From: Schmidtea nova
Taxonomy: Eukaryota
Assembly (NCBI GenBank): GCA_044892505.1
Contig: CM097883.1
Span: 151,652,001 to 151,716,000 of the forward strand
Reading direction: 5' to 3'
Length of the DNA: 64,000 nucleotides
The position numbers were made by a program, and so were the translations under genes. Below the pieces are notes generated by a model, which saw only the letters and a list, made by a program, of their open reading frames with translations, ran no database searches and was not told the origin of the DNA. Positions within the stretch are counted from its first letter, which is position 1, and every line of letters starts with the position of its first letter. This document shows positions 48,194 through 58,711 of the stretch, one piece after another.

Positions 48194-49429
48194 CTACAAG
48201 CTAACTTTGGCTGAAACAATAATAATAATAAAATAATAATAATATTAATAATAATTTATGATTTTAATTTTATTATTATGGTAATAAATTTATGATTACT
48301 ACAAGAATAAATTTATTTCACGGGGAAATTCATGGAAAATTTAAAGATTATCCAATAAACAATTCTGCAAAAGTTAAATATTAAAAAATTAAATGAATCA
48401 TTTTCATGGAAAATATTCACATGCAGAATATTGCAACTGTGCCTTGCGATTTTCATATTATTTTTTTTATTTCTCGCTCTTAGGTGAATCGAGATTTATT
48501 GATTTTTTAACGTTAAACAAATCCCAGTTGCCGAGATATCCCGTTGACATTTGCAGGCTCATAGACACGCACAGATGCTCACACAGATACACTCACAAAC
48601 ACATTACACTAGGTCATGAATTCAAGGGTATCATCAGTGATTATCGCATTCACCGACTGCAATATAAAGAATTTCATCCATTCCTAATTGACATCTTGCC
48701 TTGAAAATCAGGTCAACTAGTAATCATCATACAACAACAAACCGACAGGGACGAGAAAAATATCGCGTTACTCGTCTCGATCTAATGATATTCTGTATAT
48801 TTATTGCAAAATCTGTCGATATGTCTACCAGTTATTATCTGCCAATGTCTACCGGTGCGTGTGCATCGATCGAGCCAGCACACAACTCGATTTTTAAAAA
48901 TTCAATTTCTGTTCAGGAAAAACAAACACTCTAGCGCCTATCTATTCTCAGTTTCCAAATCTCAGCAGCCATGGTTTGATTATTTTTTGTTGTTGTAGAT
49001 ATTTTGTTATAATTTCCCTTTTCCCAACCTACTCGACAGGCACCCAAAACCAAAGAAAACACCACTCTCAAAGCTAAAGTCAAAAGCAAATCCCCTGTTT
49101 CAATTGACAATTCTGTGTTCACCTAAAATCCTCAGAAAACGCCCAATCATTTCGATGCCGATGAAGATTTCGGTTCGAGCGATGAATAAGTAAAGGCAAG
49201 TTAAAAGATTCGATTATAATGGTAGTTTATGCTTTTGTTTTTGTATTCCGTTCATTTAATTGTAATTTTTTTCAGAGGTACCAGCAGAGGAGATTAAGAT
49301 TGATAATAAAATTGAACATTTCTCACTATTATTTATATTTCTTACAGCAAAAGCCCTATGGCATTTGACTTTGGAGCAATTCGATGCTGCTATCATTTTC
49401 TTCGTAAGTTTTAGTCAAAATAATAGTAA

Positions 49430-49433
49430 TATC

Positions 49434-49481
<48 letters not shown>

Positions 49482-49520
49482 CATAATAATAACAATAATG
49501 ATAATGATGATGATAATAAT
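49430..49520. repeat. (AAT)n microsatellite
   Basis: Long AAT run grading into GAT; one unit longer in the duplicate copy. Confidence 0.95.
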
Positions 49521-50029
49521 ATTAGATGGGTCAATACGCCCATGCGGTGATTACAGACTCCTGAACTCAGTCACGAAAGTCGACAAATATCCTCTGCCCA
49601 GAATAAGCGATATCTTAGATCAATTCGGGGGAAGCAAAGTATTTTCAACGATCGATTTAGAAAAGCCATATCACCAAATCCCAATTGAAGCAAAGGACAT
49701 CCCGAAAACCGCAATAATTACCCCTTTTGGATTATACGAATACCTCAAAATGCCCTTTGGACTGAGGAACACATCACAAACACATCACAGTTTTTTCTCT
49801 AGGAAGCTCAATAAAACTGAACAAAGATATTCAACATTTGACCGAGAACTATTAGCTGCCTATTTAGCTATCAAAAACTTCAAACATCACCTGGACGGCA
49901 GCACATTCGAATTACTAACCGATCACAAGCCATTGGTATATATAAATACTATGAAAGATCCATCTAATAGACAATGGAGATGGATCCAGTTTTTAAACGA
50001 ATTTGTGGTAAAAATAATTCACATTAAAG
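49520..50029 (+). pseudogene. Gypsy RT N-terminus fused in frame to an RNase H fragment, cut by a hAT-type end at 50030
   Basis: RPCGDYRLLN, YPLP, FSTIDL, MPFGLRN joined to FFSRKL...YSTFDRELLA...TDHKPL; YxDD segment absent; CAGTGGTTTCCAACC begins at 50030. Confidence 0.88.
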
Positions 50030-50756
50030 CAGTGGTTTCCAACCCGGGAGGCGCCAAAACTTTTGAGTAAAAAAATGATTTTCATACTATAATATCTACA
50101 AATAGATAAAACTTCATGTGGTGGGAGTTTTATTTTGTCCAACGGGCATGTCGGAGAGTGTGGGATGAAGAAATGATTGGATTGTTGCAGATTGAATAAT
50201 TATCATCTAGTCTTGTTGGAACATTCAGAGAAGCATTGGAATCTGATCGCTTTGGAAACTATAAACTCTCTTATGATCTTTATAACAGTTGATTTCCAAA
50301 GAATCAATCGATGAAAATGACGAAAATACACTAATTAAGGAAACTGTGTAGATGGGCAGAATTGACGAAGTTTTTCAATGGCATGATTGACGAAACATTG
50401 ATTTCAAAGAATCTTAAACTCAGAACTTTAATGTTTGATAAAGATATTGATGAAAGAAAAAACTATTTCAGACTTAGACGAATTGTTGGAAAAATTTTAA
50501 ATATCAATGTCTAATTATGAATTATTGAAATTAGTTTATTTTTTTCATTGTTAAAAAAAAGTACTTTTGGTAAATTACCTTTCAGTTATTTTTTTATGGA
50601 AAATTTGTAAATTATGATTTATTTTTTTAATTTGGTTTGTAAAAGGTTGTTTAAATATTCAAAAGGAAATTTTGTAAATTAGTTTTTCAAAATAATAAAG
50701 ATTTGTGAATTAACATTTAATTATTATTTATTTTAAATTAATTAATTTAAATTCAT

Positions 50757-53393
50757 TTGATGGAAAATTCGATATATTTTCGGGACGAAAACTGGCCAGG
50801 CGAATTTAACCTTTTGTCTCGCTTGGCAGAGATGGATAAATCGTTTTTGGAAATTAGCGGTAAGTTGAATTTTATTGTTAATTATTTAAATATCTCAAAT
50901 GAAAATTTAAATAGTAATTTTTTACAAAGTAATTCGGGATATTTTGATAAAAGTAAAAATAAATTTGCTAATGTAGATTCTGATAATAATATGTTTTCAT
51001 TTGATAACTATGAAGGTGATAACTATGTTGATGATTTTAAAATTCCTTATCCTAAAGTGTATAATCTTTGCAATAAGCATAATAAAAATGAAACTTTTAA
51101 TAAAACCTTCACAGAGACTAATCTATATCGAAATTTCAAAAACTCTGAATATAAGAATACTACGATTAAGAAATTAAATGAACACAATGTAGAGAAAAAT
51201 TTATTAGAAAATCAAAGCTTTGGAGGTCGATCTGATTCAGCTTTAGATCGAATTGTTTCTGTTTATGGTTCTTTGGAGTCCCCGGGCAGGGACATTCATG
51301 ATCTGAAAATAACAATTTTTAATAAAAATCAAAAAAATAAATCTAATTTACTTGATATTGAAAATTCTAATTTACTTGAAATGAAATCGAGTAAATTAAA
51401 CAATCAGAATTTTTATAATAATTCTAATGTTTCACATCAATCTGGTGAAACTGGAAATAACTTTGAAAAAGTAAAATTATTTGATAAAGAAAATTCTAAT
51501 TTGAATATAAACTTTAAAAATCAAAATAAATCAAATTCAAAATCTCGTTCTGGTTCCACTTATAGAAATAGTTACTATAATAAAGATAGTTATTCTAAAT
51601 TTAATGATAACAAACTTGAAATGAAATTTCCTAGATTATTAACCAAAAGGGAAAAAAATTCATTAACACAATTATTCCCAAAATATCTTTCTCTTTTAAA
51701 GTTAAAGGAATCAGTCAGAAAATCTGATTTAATTAATAATGATTTGTTAAATATAAAAAAAGTGGATAATCCATTGGAGATTGCAGGTTTTGAGAGTTTC
51801 TTTTATAGAAACCATAACATATGTGTGTTTTTAAATTTTGAACCTCTTAAAGTAAAGGCAGTTAATAATAAAGCACAAATACCCACCGTGAAAACATTTT
51901 TGATTGGATCGAACATCTTGATGGTTAATAAAAAGCAGACTAAATTCATTCCTGCCCCATCAATTATTAAACGATTCTTATGTTCCTTTTCGTCAAAACT
52001 TGCAAGGACAGTCTCTATTAAAAATCCAAAGGCCAAGGAAATACAAATAAATAATATTCTTTTTGAAATGAGACAACGAAAAGAACTCCCTGATTACCTT
52101 ATAAACTCAGAAATAAAATATGTTGCGGGTAACTTCATGATGTTGGATCTTCTTAGCGGTTCTGAATCGGAAGATACCAGTCCATACCAAACTGCTACTG
52201 AACTGTCCCGGTCACAATTAGTTAACCTATTTAAGTCACACCCTGAACTTGAGGAGCTATGTTTTATTGAGAACACATATGCTAATCCCCAAAATATAAA
52301 TAAATTAATTATGAAATTAAAACTAGAAAATAAATTTCCAGAGCAGATCTCATTTGTAGAGGGTAAATTTATTATTAGAAATTCAACAGCAAATGGAGTC
52401 AAAGTGCACGCAGTTGGTACATCTGATATAATGTTCAACTTAGGTTTGCTGAACTTTGTTGAGATGTCAAAAGAGGACAGTGTGTTTAGTTCTCTTCTTG
52501 ATGAACAGCCCTCATCTCAAAAGCTGGTTGATATCATTTTTTATTTAAATTATTTAAAATTAAAAGATTCCCTAAAATATAACTCAGAACCCAGCTTTGA
52601 TGTATACGTACTGAACTATCTCAGAAATTGCTTCTTAATGCATTCGATCACGACTATTGAAGAGTCTTATAATTTTGACGTTGACACTATTTACATCTGG
52701 GGTTCAGAGATGGTCAGTAAGCTTAACAGTTCTTCATACTATTTCACTAGTTGTCAAGAAAGACTTTTGAAACTAAAACAAGTGAATCTCTCTGAGGAGA
52801 TTGATAAAATTCATGACATCATCTCTCCCAAAACCATTTTAGAAATAAACAATTTCCTGGCAGTTGTCGATAATTCTCTACCTAAAAAGACAGACCAGAT
52901 GAAGGCCTTAGTAAACATAAGCAATAAAATCAATGAATTTCAATCCGAGTTGAGTAATAGTGATGTTGTTAAAGCAAAACGACTCTTGTTCTTTGTAATT
53001 AGAGACAAGAAAAACTTTCTTAAAGCCAACAGAGTTAACTTCCGACTTCCTCGACATTGTAGAAAGATTTGTACTTCGAGTATGAGTGTCTACATTACAA
53101 AGCTTCTTGAGGTTCTGCTTCCGTTCACAACAACAAGTAATTTTCAACCTGATACCCTAAATCTAGAGACTATCAACGAATCCATCGATAACATAGAAGA
53201 CGAAAATCCTTCTCCTATAGTTGATGAAGATGACATAGATAATTTAAGAAAGAATCAAGTAAAGAAGCGTAAACTAGCATGTGATATCGATGAAATTCAG
53301 TCATCTGCAATAGAGAGCAAAAGTAACGAGGAACCTGAGCTTCCTTTGAAATCTTTTAAATATGGTAAGGGAACGGGAACCGGAAATAAATGA
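50757..53393 (+). CDS. Retroelement ORF1 / N-terminal region, 878 aa, no recognised domain
   Basis: Long open frame (first ATG at 50760) with an Asn/Ser/Lys-rich N-terminus and an acidic C-terminus with KKRK. Ends at a TGA in frame with ORF2. Confidence 0.75.
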   Translation: MMENSIYFRDENWPGEFNLLSRLAEMDKSFLEISGKLNFIVNYLNISNENLNSNFLQSNSGYFDKSKNKFANVDSDNNMFSFDNYEGDNYVDDFKIPYPKVYNLCNKHNKNETFNKTFTETNLYRNFKNSEYKNTTIKKLNEHNVEKNLLENQSFGGRSDSALDRIVSVYGSLESPGRDIHDLKITIFNKNQKNKSNLLDIENSNLLEMKSSKLNNQNFYNNSNVSHQSGETGNNFEKVKLFDKENSNLNINFKNQNKSNSKSRSGSTYRNSYYNKDSYSKFNDNKLEMKFPRLLTKREKNSLTQLFPKYLSLLKLKESVRKSDLINNDLLNIKKVDNPLEIAGFESFFYRNHNICVFLNFEPLKVKAVNNKAQIPTVKTFLIGSNILMVNKKQTKFIPAPSIIKRFLCSFSSKLARTVSIKNPKAKEIQINNILFEMRQRKELPDYLINSEIKYVAGNFMMLDLLSGSESEDTSPYQTATELSRSQLVNLFKSHPELEELCFIENTYANPQNINKLIMKLKLENKFPEQISFVEGKFIIRNSTANGVKVHAVGTSDIMFNLGLLNFVEMSKEDSVFSSLLDEQPSSQKLVDIIFYLNYLKLKDSLKYNSEPSFDVYVLNYLRNCFLMHSITTIEESYNFDVDTIYIWGSEMVSKLNSSSYYFTSCQERLLKLKQVNLSEEIDKIHDIISPKTILEINNFLAVVDNSLPKKTDQMKALVNISNKINEFQSELSNSDVVKAKRLLFFVIRDKKNFLKANRVNFRLPRHCRKICTSSMSVYITKLLEVLLPFTTTSNFQPDTLNLETINESIDNIEDENPSPIVDEDDIDNLRKNQVKKRKLACDIDEIQSSAIESKSNEEPELPLKSFKYGKGTGTGNK

Positions 53394-53399
53394 AGGTGC

Positions 53400-56300
53400 G
53401 TGCCTGCATCCGTCTCAACATCTGCTCTAATCTCTAAAGAGACTGATGCAGACAGCACAAATGATGACAATTCTAAACTTTCAACAACACTGCGTGACCC
53501 TAAAATATGGTTTACTGATGATGATATAGATAATTACCTTGAACGTCACATCAGTAACCCAACATTTGCACCGATAAAATGCTTTCAAATTGAAATCCTA
53601 CTTGCAAATCTGTCTGAAGACATTTTCCCAATTCCGGAAAGAGTTTTCTCATCACAAATAATATTATGCCCCTTAAACATTAACCAGGCTCACTGGATCT
53701 TGTTTGTCTACTGTAAGGCATCACTAACGTCTTACTTTATAGATCCAATTTTTGAAAATCGTCATTCAATGGGCAATAAAGCAACAGCACTTAAAACCAA
53801 CATCGCTTTTAATCGATTATTTAACTTGAAAGCTGCGGTATTTTTCCATCCACATAAGAACTTTATCTATCAGGACAATGACTATGACTGTGGTCCTTAC
53901 ATCTGTGCATATGCTATGATGATAAGTGGAGAATGGCAGAGATTTCCTGATAACTTTATTGAAACTATCCGCATAAATGCCCACCAATTTAAACTTACCT
54001 TGCAAAACATAGGCCCAAAAACATCGGGGGGTGGTGCACTTAAAATAAAAAGCTACAAACAATATAAAAATGCAAGAAAGCAAATTACAATTACCGATAA
54101 AGAGCAGATATTTTTTCTCAAGAGAAATTCTTGTGTGTCTTCCTTAATTGCTGAATGGTTTAAAGACTGTAAAAATATCACGGTCCTGTCACCTGAACTG
54201 ACACTAAATGTCATATCACAGAACGATACATTTATTCGGGAAACTGTCTCGTTCAAACAATTTCTTGGGATTGACCATGTCATCAGCGTTATCCCAAATG
54301 AAACAAACTGGTGTTTATATCTTTATTCTACATCACATGGAACCAGCCATATTTTTAATAACCAGGAAAAGCTCATTTCTGAACGACTATTTGGTATCGG
54401 CGAAAACATGACTGACTACTTGAATAAGTTTTTTCTTTCATCCAAAGCTGTATTCAACTCTCATCACAACATAGAGCTCTTCCCTATGGTCTGCGATGAT
54501 CCACATCTCTTTGCCTCTATCTTCATTGAATTACTAGAGAAATTAATATTTGACAAACAGTCTTCATTTGCAAGCATCCGCGAGTCTCTTAATTTATATA
54601 AAATCAAACAGACAAATGAGATCTCTCGGAATATAAACGTATTAAACTCTAAAATTAATGATGAAGTCATAACAAAATATTTTAATAATTTAAATTTATC
54701 AAGTGATTTTCTATTATTAAATGCGACAATGTGCACAGCGATTCTGGATGATTGCATGCATCATTTAAATGAATATTTAAACTATGAGCATTTAATTAAG
54801 GCGCAAGTTATCTTTGCAATTGTTGCACCCCATAAATATCGGGAAATTTTATTCATCCTCGATTACCATTCAGATCAATACTACATCATCAACCCAACGA
54901 CTATGTTGGGAAATGAAAAATATGTCAAGATTTGTAAGAGTCTTAGAAACAAAATTAATGAAATGAAAGAAACACCTGGGCGTGTCTTAAATCTTTGTGA
55001 ATGTCCTCATGAAATTCGCGGTTCGGGACTTTTAAGTAAGATACTATTGTGCGCTTTCATACATAACTTCGCCAAAGATCTGCCCCTTGTAAATCTAAAT
55101 TTGCGTGAGATAGGTAACACAGTCAGCGCTCTGCTTCCCATTGTCAAAGAAAGAAATGAAATTGGAAGCTGGAGTAAAATTAAATTAAGTAAAAACAACG
55201 TAGAAAGCTTGAGTATCAAACAACGAAAGCTTAAAGCTGGTCAACTCTTAATTAAATGGGCGAATTTAAACATAAATCAAATCATTGATGCCATCAATGA
55301 ACAATTCCCTGATCGGCTAAAATCAACAAATAAACCATACTTGGGAACCAGAACGAGACCTTCTAAAATAAATAAATATAAACTTATCGATAAATTCCTT
55401 ACTGACATGAAATCAACAGTCAGCAAAGTCATCAACAATTTTGACACATCTGCTAGACCAGAATATCAAAATATTATCAAAAACTTTACTCATAAATCTC
55501 CTTTGCAAAGACACTGGCAAAGTCTTTTTACTTTTTGTAAACAATCACAAAAACCACTTTTTCTAGAATCTCTATTAAGTGATGAAGTAATGTATGAACT
55601 CAGGAGAGCTGACAACACTAGTCCTGGTATTGATGGCATACAATATCGAGACTTGTTGCGTCTGGATCCAGAGGGTAATATACTTACTTTCTTGTTTAAT
55701 AAGATTATTTTAGAAAAATCCATACCTGACAGTTGGAAGACTTACAAAACTCTTCTAACTCCTAAACCTGACAAAGAAAATAAATATGAGGATGTTTCGT
55801 CTTGGCGACCAATCGCCTTGCTTTCCGTCATTTATAAGGTTTTTGCTTCTTGTCTAGCTAGACGCCTCACACACTGGATAGACTTGAATAATCTTTTACA
55901 TGTCGGTCAAAAAGGTGGTTCTCAACATGATGGATGTGCTGAACACAATTCGATTCTGTCTGCCGCGCTTGAACACTCTAAATATAGCAGAAATTGTCCT
56001 CTTTCAATTGCTTGGCTGGACATAAAAGATGCTTTTGGTAGTGTTCCACATGATTACATGTGGTCCCTACTTCGATATATTGGAGTAGGTGAGGAATTTA
56101 CATCAATTCTGCAGATGCTTTACTCCAACACGAGTACCTTTTATAGTTGTGGTCCTATTTTGACGCCAAACATTCCAATTAGACAGGGTGTTAAACAAGG
56201 ATGTCCATTATCAATGATTCTGTTTTCTTTGGCGATTAACCCTGTTCTTGAAGCTGTATCCAGATCAGACTGTCAACCTTTTATGATTGGAGAATCGCCT

Positions 56301-57998
56301 GTTAAGATTCTTGCATACGCAGATGATATTGCTCTTGTTGCAAAATCTGTTGAAGACCTGCAGAAAATAACTGAAATAGCTGTTGCAACTGCTGCTGAAA
56401 TCGGGTTCTTATATCGTCCTGAAAAATGTGGATATCTCCAACTACCAAAAGTCCACATTGACAGCGAAATCTCTATCAATGGCGTCAAAATTAAGAAGTT
56501 GCTGTCTAATGAATTCTATCAGTACCTCGGTGTGCCTGTAGGTGAGGAAACTGATCAGAGTCCATATGACATTCTTAAAAAAGTAGTCGCCGACACTAAA
56601 AAACTTGCTGACTCTGACTTACTTGGCTGGCAAAAGCTAAAGGCTTATAAGATATTTATTCATTCTCGGTTAATCTTTCCCTTTAGAACTCGAGAGATAA
56701 AAACCAGTGCTCTTTCTATATCTCGAGGCAACAGTAACCTTTCTGTCAACATTACCAGTCAATTAAGATATCATCTTCGGAAAATACTACTTTTGCCTCA
56801 TTATTCTGAAATAAGCTACTTTTACACTTCAACTGAAAACGGAGGAGCAAACTGTGTTGATTTGTTAGACGAATATCATACACAGACAATCACACACTTT
56901 TTCCGATTATTAACTGCCAAATGTGACTTTGCGAGAAAGATTAACATCGATTCTTTATCCTTTGTCACCGGTCCACGACTTGGGATATTGGAGCCCACAC
57001 TTCAAGAAAGTCTTGACTGGCTCAATGGCACAGAGTGTAAATCCCGCCATTCCGGGAGAAAAACTCGATTTCAAAGAGTCAGAACTTCAATTGCTTACTT
57101 TGAAAAAATCCATAAAATAAATATTACCTTCACTGTCACTAATCGCGAACCCTCACTATATATAACAACAGAAGCGCGAGGTACATGCATTTTGACTTCT
57201 GATTTACGTCATACGACATCTAAAGTCTTGCATATTGCACTCTGTAACTCTTATATGTCGAAATGGGAGAAGAGCTGCGTCTCAAGCATATTTGCTTCAG
57301 CAATCAAACTTTCACCGATTGTTAACAAGGCCATCTATCGTAGTGAATTGTCTGAGTTTGCTTGGAATTTTATTCATCGAGCTCGCACTAATACTCTCTC
57401 TATTCTTGCGAAGCCTTACAATCGAGATGAAAAAAGACTTTGTCGTCGGTGTCATCTTGCAGATGAGACGATGTCACACGCTATTCAATCGTGTAAAGTC
57501 CATCTTACTCTTGGTTCTGAGCGGCACGACGACTGTCTAAAGATTATTGCTACTCAACTTCAGAGAATTCCGAATTTGATTGTTGTTATTGATCATGCCT
57601 GTTCACTTGTTCCGAACTCTAAAGAACGAGTTGACTTGATGATAACAGACTTGTCAAAAAAGAAAATCTTTCTAATTGACTTGAAATGTCCGACAGACTC
57701 TATTGCTGGTTTTGAACAAGTTGACTTACTAAACTTGGCGAAATATGATTCGTTGAAAAACGAGATACAAGCTGTCAAGCCAGACTTTAGAGTTGAACTT
57801 GATACTTGCATTATTGGTGCTTTGGGATCTTTTCCTTCGAAAACTTCCGATATTCTTTTGAAAGTAGGAATTAAAAGAAATCAAATACAGGGATTGCTAA
57901 AACAATGTGCTATAAGTAATATAACACATTCTGCCAGACGGTGGTATTTCCACAAGAATGGCGTTTTACCAAACCTGGATAGTGATCACCTCTCATAA
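53400..57998 (+). CDS. Ulp1-like protease(s) + reverse transcriptase + CCHC + RLE endonuclease polyprotein, 1532 aa
   Basis: AHW/IDP/QDNDYDCG; SPGIDG, WRPIAL, LDIKDAFGSV, GVKQGCPLS, YADD, YQYLG; CRRC...ETMSHAIQSC; RHD, RVDL...IDLKCP. Confidence 0.95.
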   Translation: MPASVSTSALISKETDADSTNDDNSKLSTTLRDPKIWFTDDDIDNYLERHISNPTFAPIKCFQIEILLANLSEDIFPIPERVFSSQIILCPLNINQAHWILFVYCKASLTSYFIDPIFENRHSMGNKATALKTNIAFNRLFNLKAAVFFHPHKNFIYQDNDYDCGPYICAYAMMISGEWQRFPDNFIETIRINAHQFKLTLQNIGPKTSGGGALKIKSYKQYKNARKQITITDKEQIFFLKRNSCVSSLIAEWFKDCKNITVLSPELTLNVISQNDTFIRETVSFKQFLGIDHVISVIPNETNWCLYLYSTSHGTSHIFNNQEKLISERLFGIGENMTDYLNKFFLSSKAVFNSHHNIELFPMVCDDPHLFASIFIELLEKLIFDKQSSFASIRESLNLYKIKQTNEISRNINVLNSKINDEVITKYFNNLNLSSDFLLLNATMCTAILDDCMHHLNEYLNYEHLIKAQVIFAIVAPHKYREILFILDYHSDQYYIINPTTMLGNEKYVKICKSLRNKINEMKETPGRVLNLCECPHEIRGSGLLSKILLCAFIHNFAKDLPLVNLNLREIGNTVSALLPIVKERNEIGSWSKIKLSKNNVESLSIKQRKLKAGQLLIKWANLNINQIIDAINEQFPDRLKSTNKPYLGTRTRPSKINKYKLIDKFLTDMKSTVSKVINNFDTSARPEYQNIIKNFTHKSPLQRHWQSLFTFCKQSQKPLFLESLLSDEVMYELRRADNTSPGIDGIQYRDLLRLDPEGNILTFLFNKIILEKSIPDSWKTYKTLLTPKPDKENKYEDVSSWRPIALLSVIYKVFASCLARRLTHWIDLNNLLHVGQKGGSQHDGCAEHNSILSAALEHSKYSRNCPLSIAWLDIKDAFGSVPHDYMWSLLRYIGVGEEFTSILQMLYSNTSTFYSCGPILTPNIPIRQGVKQGCPLSMILFSLAINPVLEAVSRSDCQPFMIGESPVKILAYADDIALVAKSVEDLQKITEIAVATAAEIGFLYRPEKCGYLQLPKVHIDSEISINGVKIKKLLSNEFYQYLGVPVGEETDQSPYDILKKVVADTKKLADSDLLGWQKLKAYKIFIHSRLIFPFRTREIKTSALSISRGNSNLSVNITSQLRYHLRKILLLPHYSEISYFYTSTENGGANCVDLLDEYHTQTITHFFRLLTAKCDFARKINIDSLSFVTGPRLGILEPTLQESLDWLNGTECKSRHSGRKTRFQRVRTSIAYFEKIHKINITFTVTNREPSLYITTEARGTCILTSDLRHTTSKVLHIALCNSYMSKWEKSCVSSIFASAIKLSPIVNKAIYRSELSEFAWNFIHRARTNTLSILAKPYNRDEKRLCRRCHLADETMSHAIQSCKVHLTLGSERHDDCLKIIATQLQRIPNLIVVIDHACSLVPNSKERVDLMITDLSKKKIFLIDLKCPTDSIAGFEQVDLLNLAKYDSLKNEIQAVKPDFRVELDTCIIGALGSFPSKTSDILLKVGIKRNQIQGLLKQCAISNITHSARRWYFHKNGVLPNLDSDHLS

Positions 57999-58711
57999 GG
58001 GATTGAATGAGGGTATGTATTGTCAGATTCTCTTTAGCTATATTTTATTCAATGTTAAGTGTTATATGTATAGAAGTAGTATTTCTATTTTTTCTAGATA
58101 GTCAATCCCAAAGTAACATTGATAATTGCTTATATTAAATATATATATATTCTTGTAATTTTTAAAGAGATCAGATAAGTGGACAAATCGCAGACAAATA
58201 GAAATGATATTTTATAGATCTGCTTTGAGGTTCAAAATTGATGTCCGAAGAGAGAATTTCTGCAGCCCTGGTCAACTGAGGTTGGAAATGACTCAAACAT
58301 GCCAACTGTCATGTTCACCAAACTAAAGATCAACTGCAAAGCCAGATGGAAAATCTGAAGACAGATTCACACACCAATGCCGAGGACGAATTAGACTGTT
58401 GCAAATGACAATTGAGTTGCAATGATCCACAAACTTATAATATTATATGTGATTCTTTCCAACTCTTTGACAGTTGTAAACAGTCTGATTGGCGTGCTCC
58501 ATGTTGAGAACAGTCCTAATGTACAAATTTCAGATTTTATTTATAATAAAAGTATTTAGTAATCTAAACCTTGTGTTATCTCAAAAATCACCCGTGCACA
58601 CAGACGCGATACAAAAACTTCAACATGAAATGCGAACGCAGACGCATACAAAAAACACAAATCCAAAACGCGCATACAGACGCGAATAAATAGCCAAAGT
58701 TTGCTACAAGC

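Larger units (their letters stand above)
45107..50546. repeat. Segmental duplication copy 1 (copy 2 = 58558-64000, offset 13451-13454)
   Basis: Near-identical sequence and ORF sets; differences seen are a G/C SNP (~48045 vs ~61496) and one extra AAT unit. Confidence 0.97.
50550..58150 (+). mobile_element. NeSL-like non-LTR retrotransposon (RLE-type), apparently near full-length; boundaries approximate
   Basis: Ulp1-type protease, RT, CCHC finger and restriction-like endonuclease in the order known for the NeSL clade; ORFs lack frameshifts. Confidence 0.85.

Noticed and set aside
17866-53400. Genome-wide reassignment of TGA to a sense codon
   Set aside because: PP1 uses TGG for Trp, the intact ATPase ends in TGA, and decayed elements contain TAA and TAG stops as well. 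Only site-specific recoding remains open.
51803-57811. Short antisense and alternate-frame ORFs overlapping the retroelement
   Set aside because: Shadow ORFs with no motifs; the same applies to those overlapping the hAT, gag and capsid genes.
57999-58557. Spliced-leader, U2 snRNA, tRNA or rDNA target site for the RLE element; weak kinase-like peptide at ~58230-58400
   Set aside because: No recognisable RNA-gene sequence or TSD at either flank; the peptide resemblance is too weak and stop-ridden to call.
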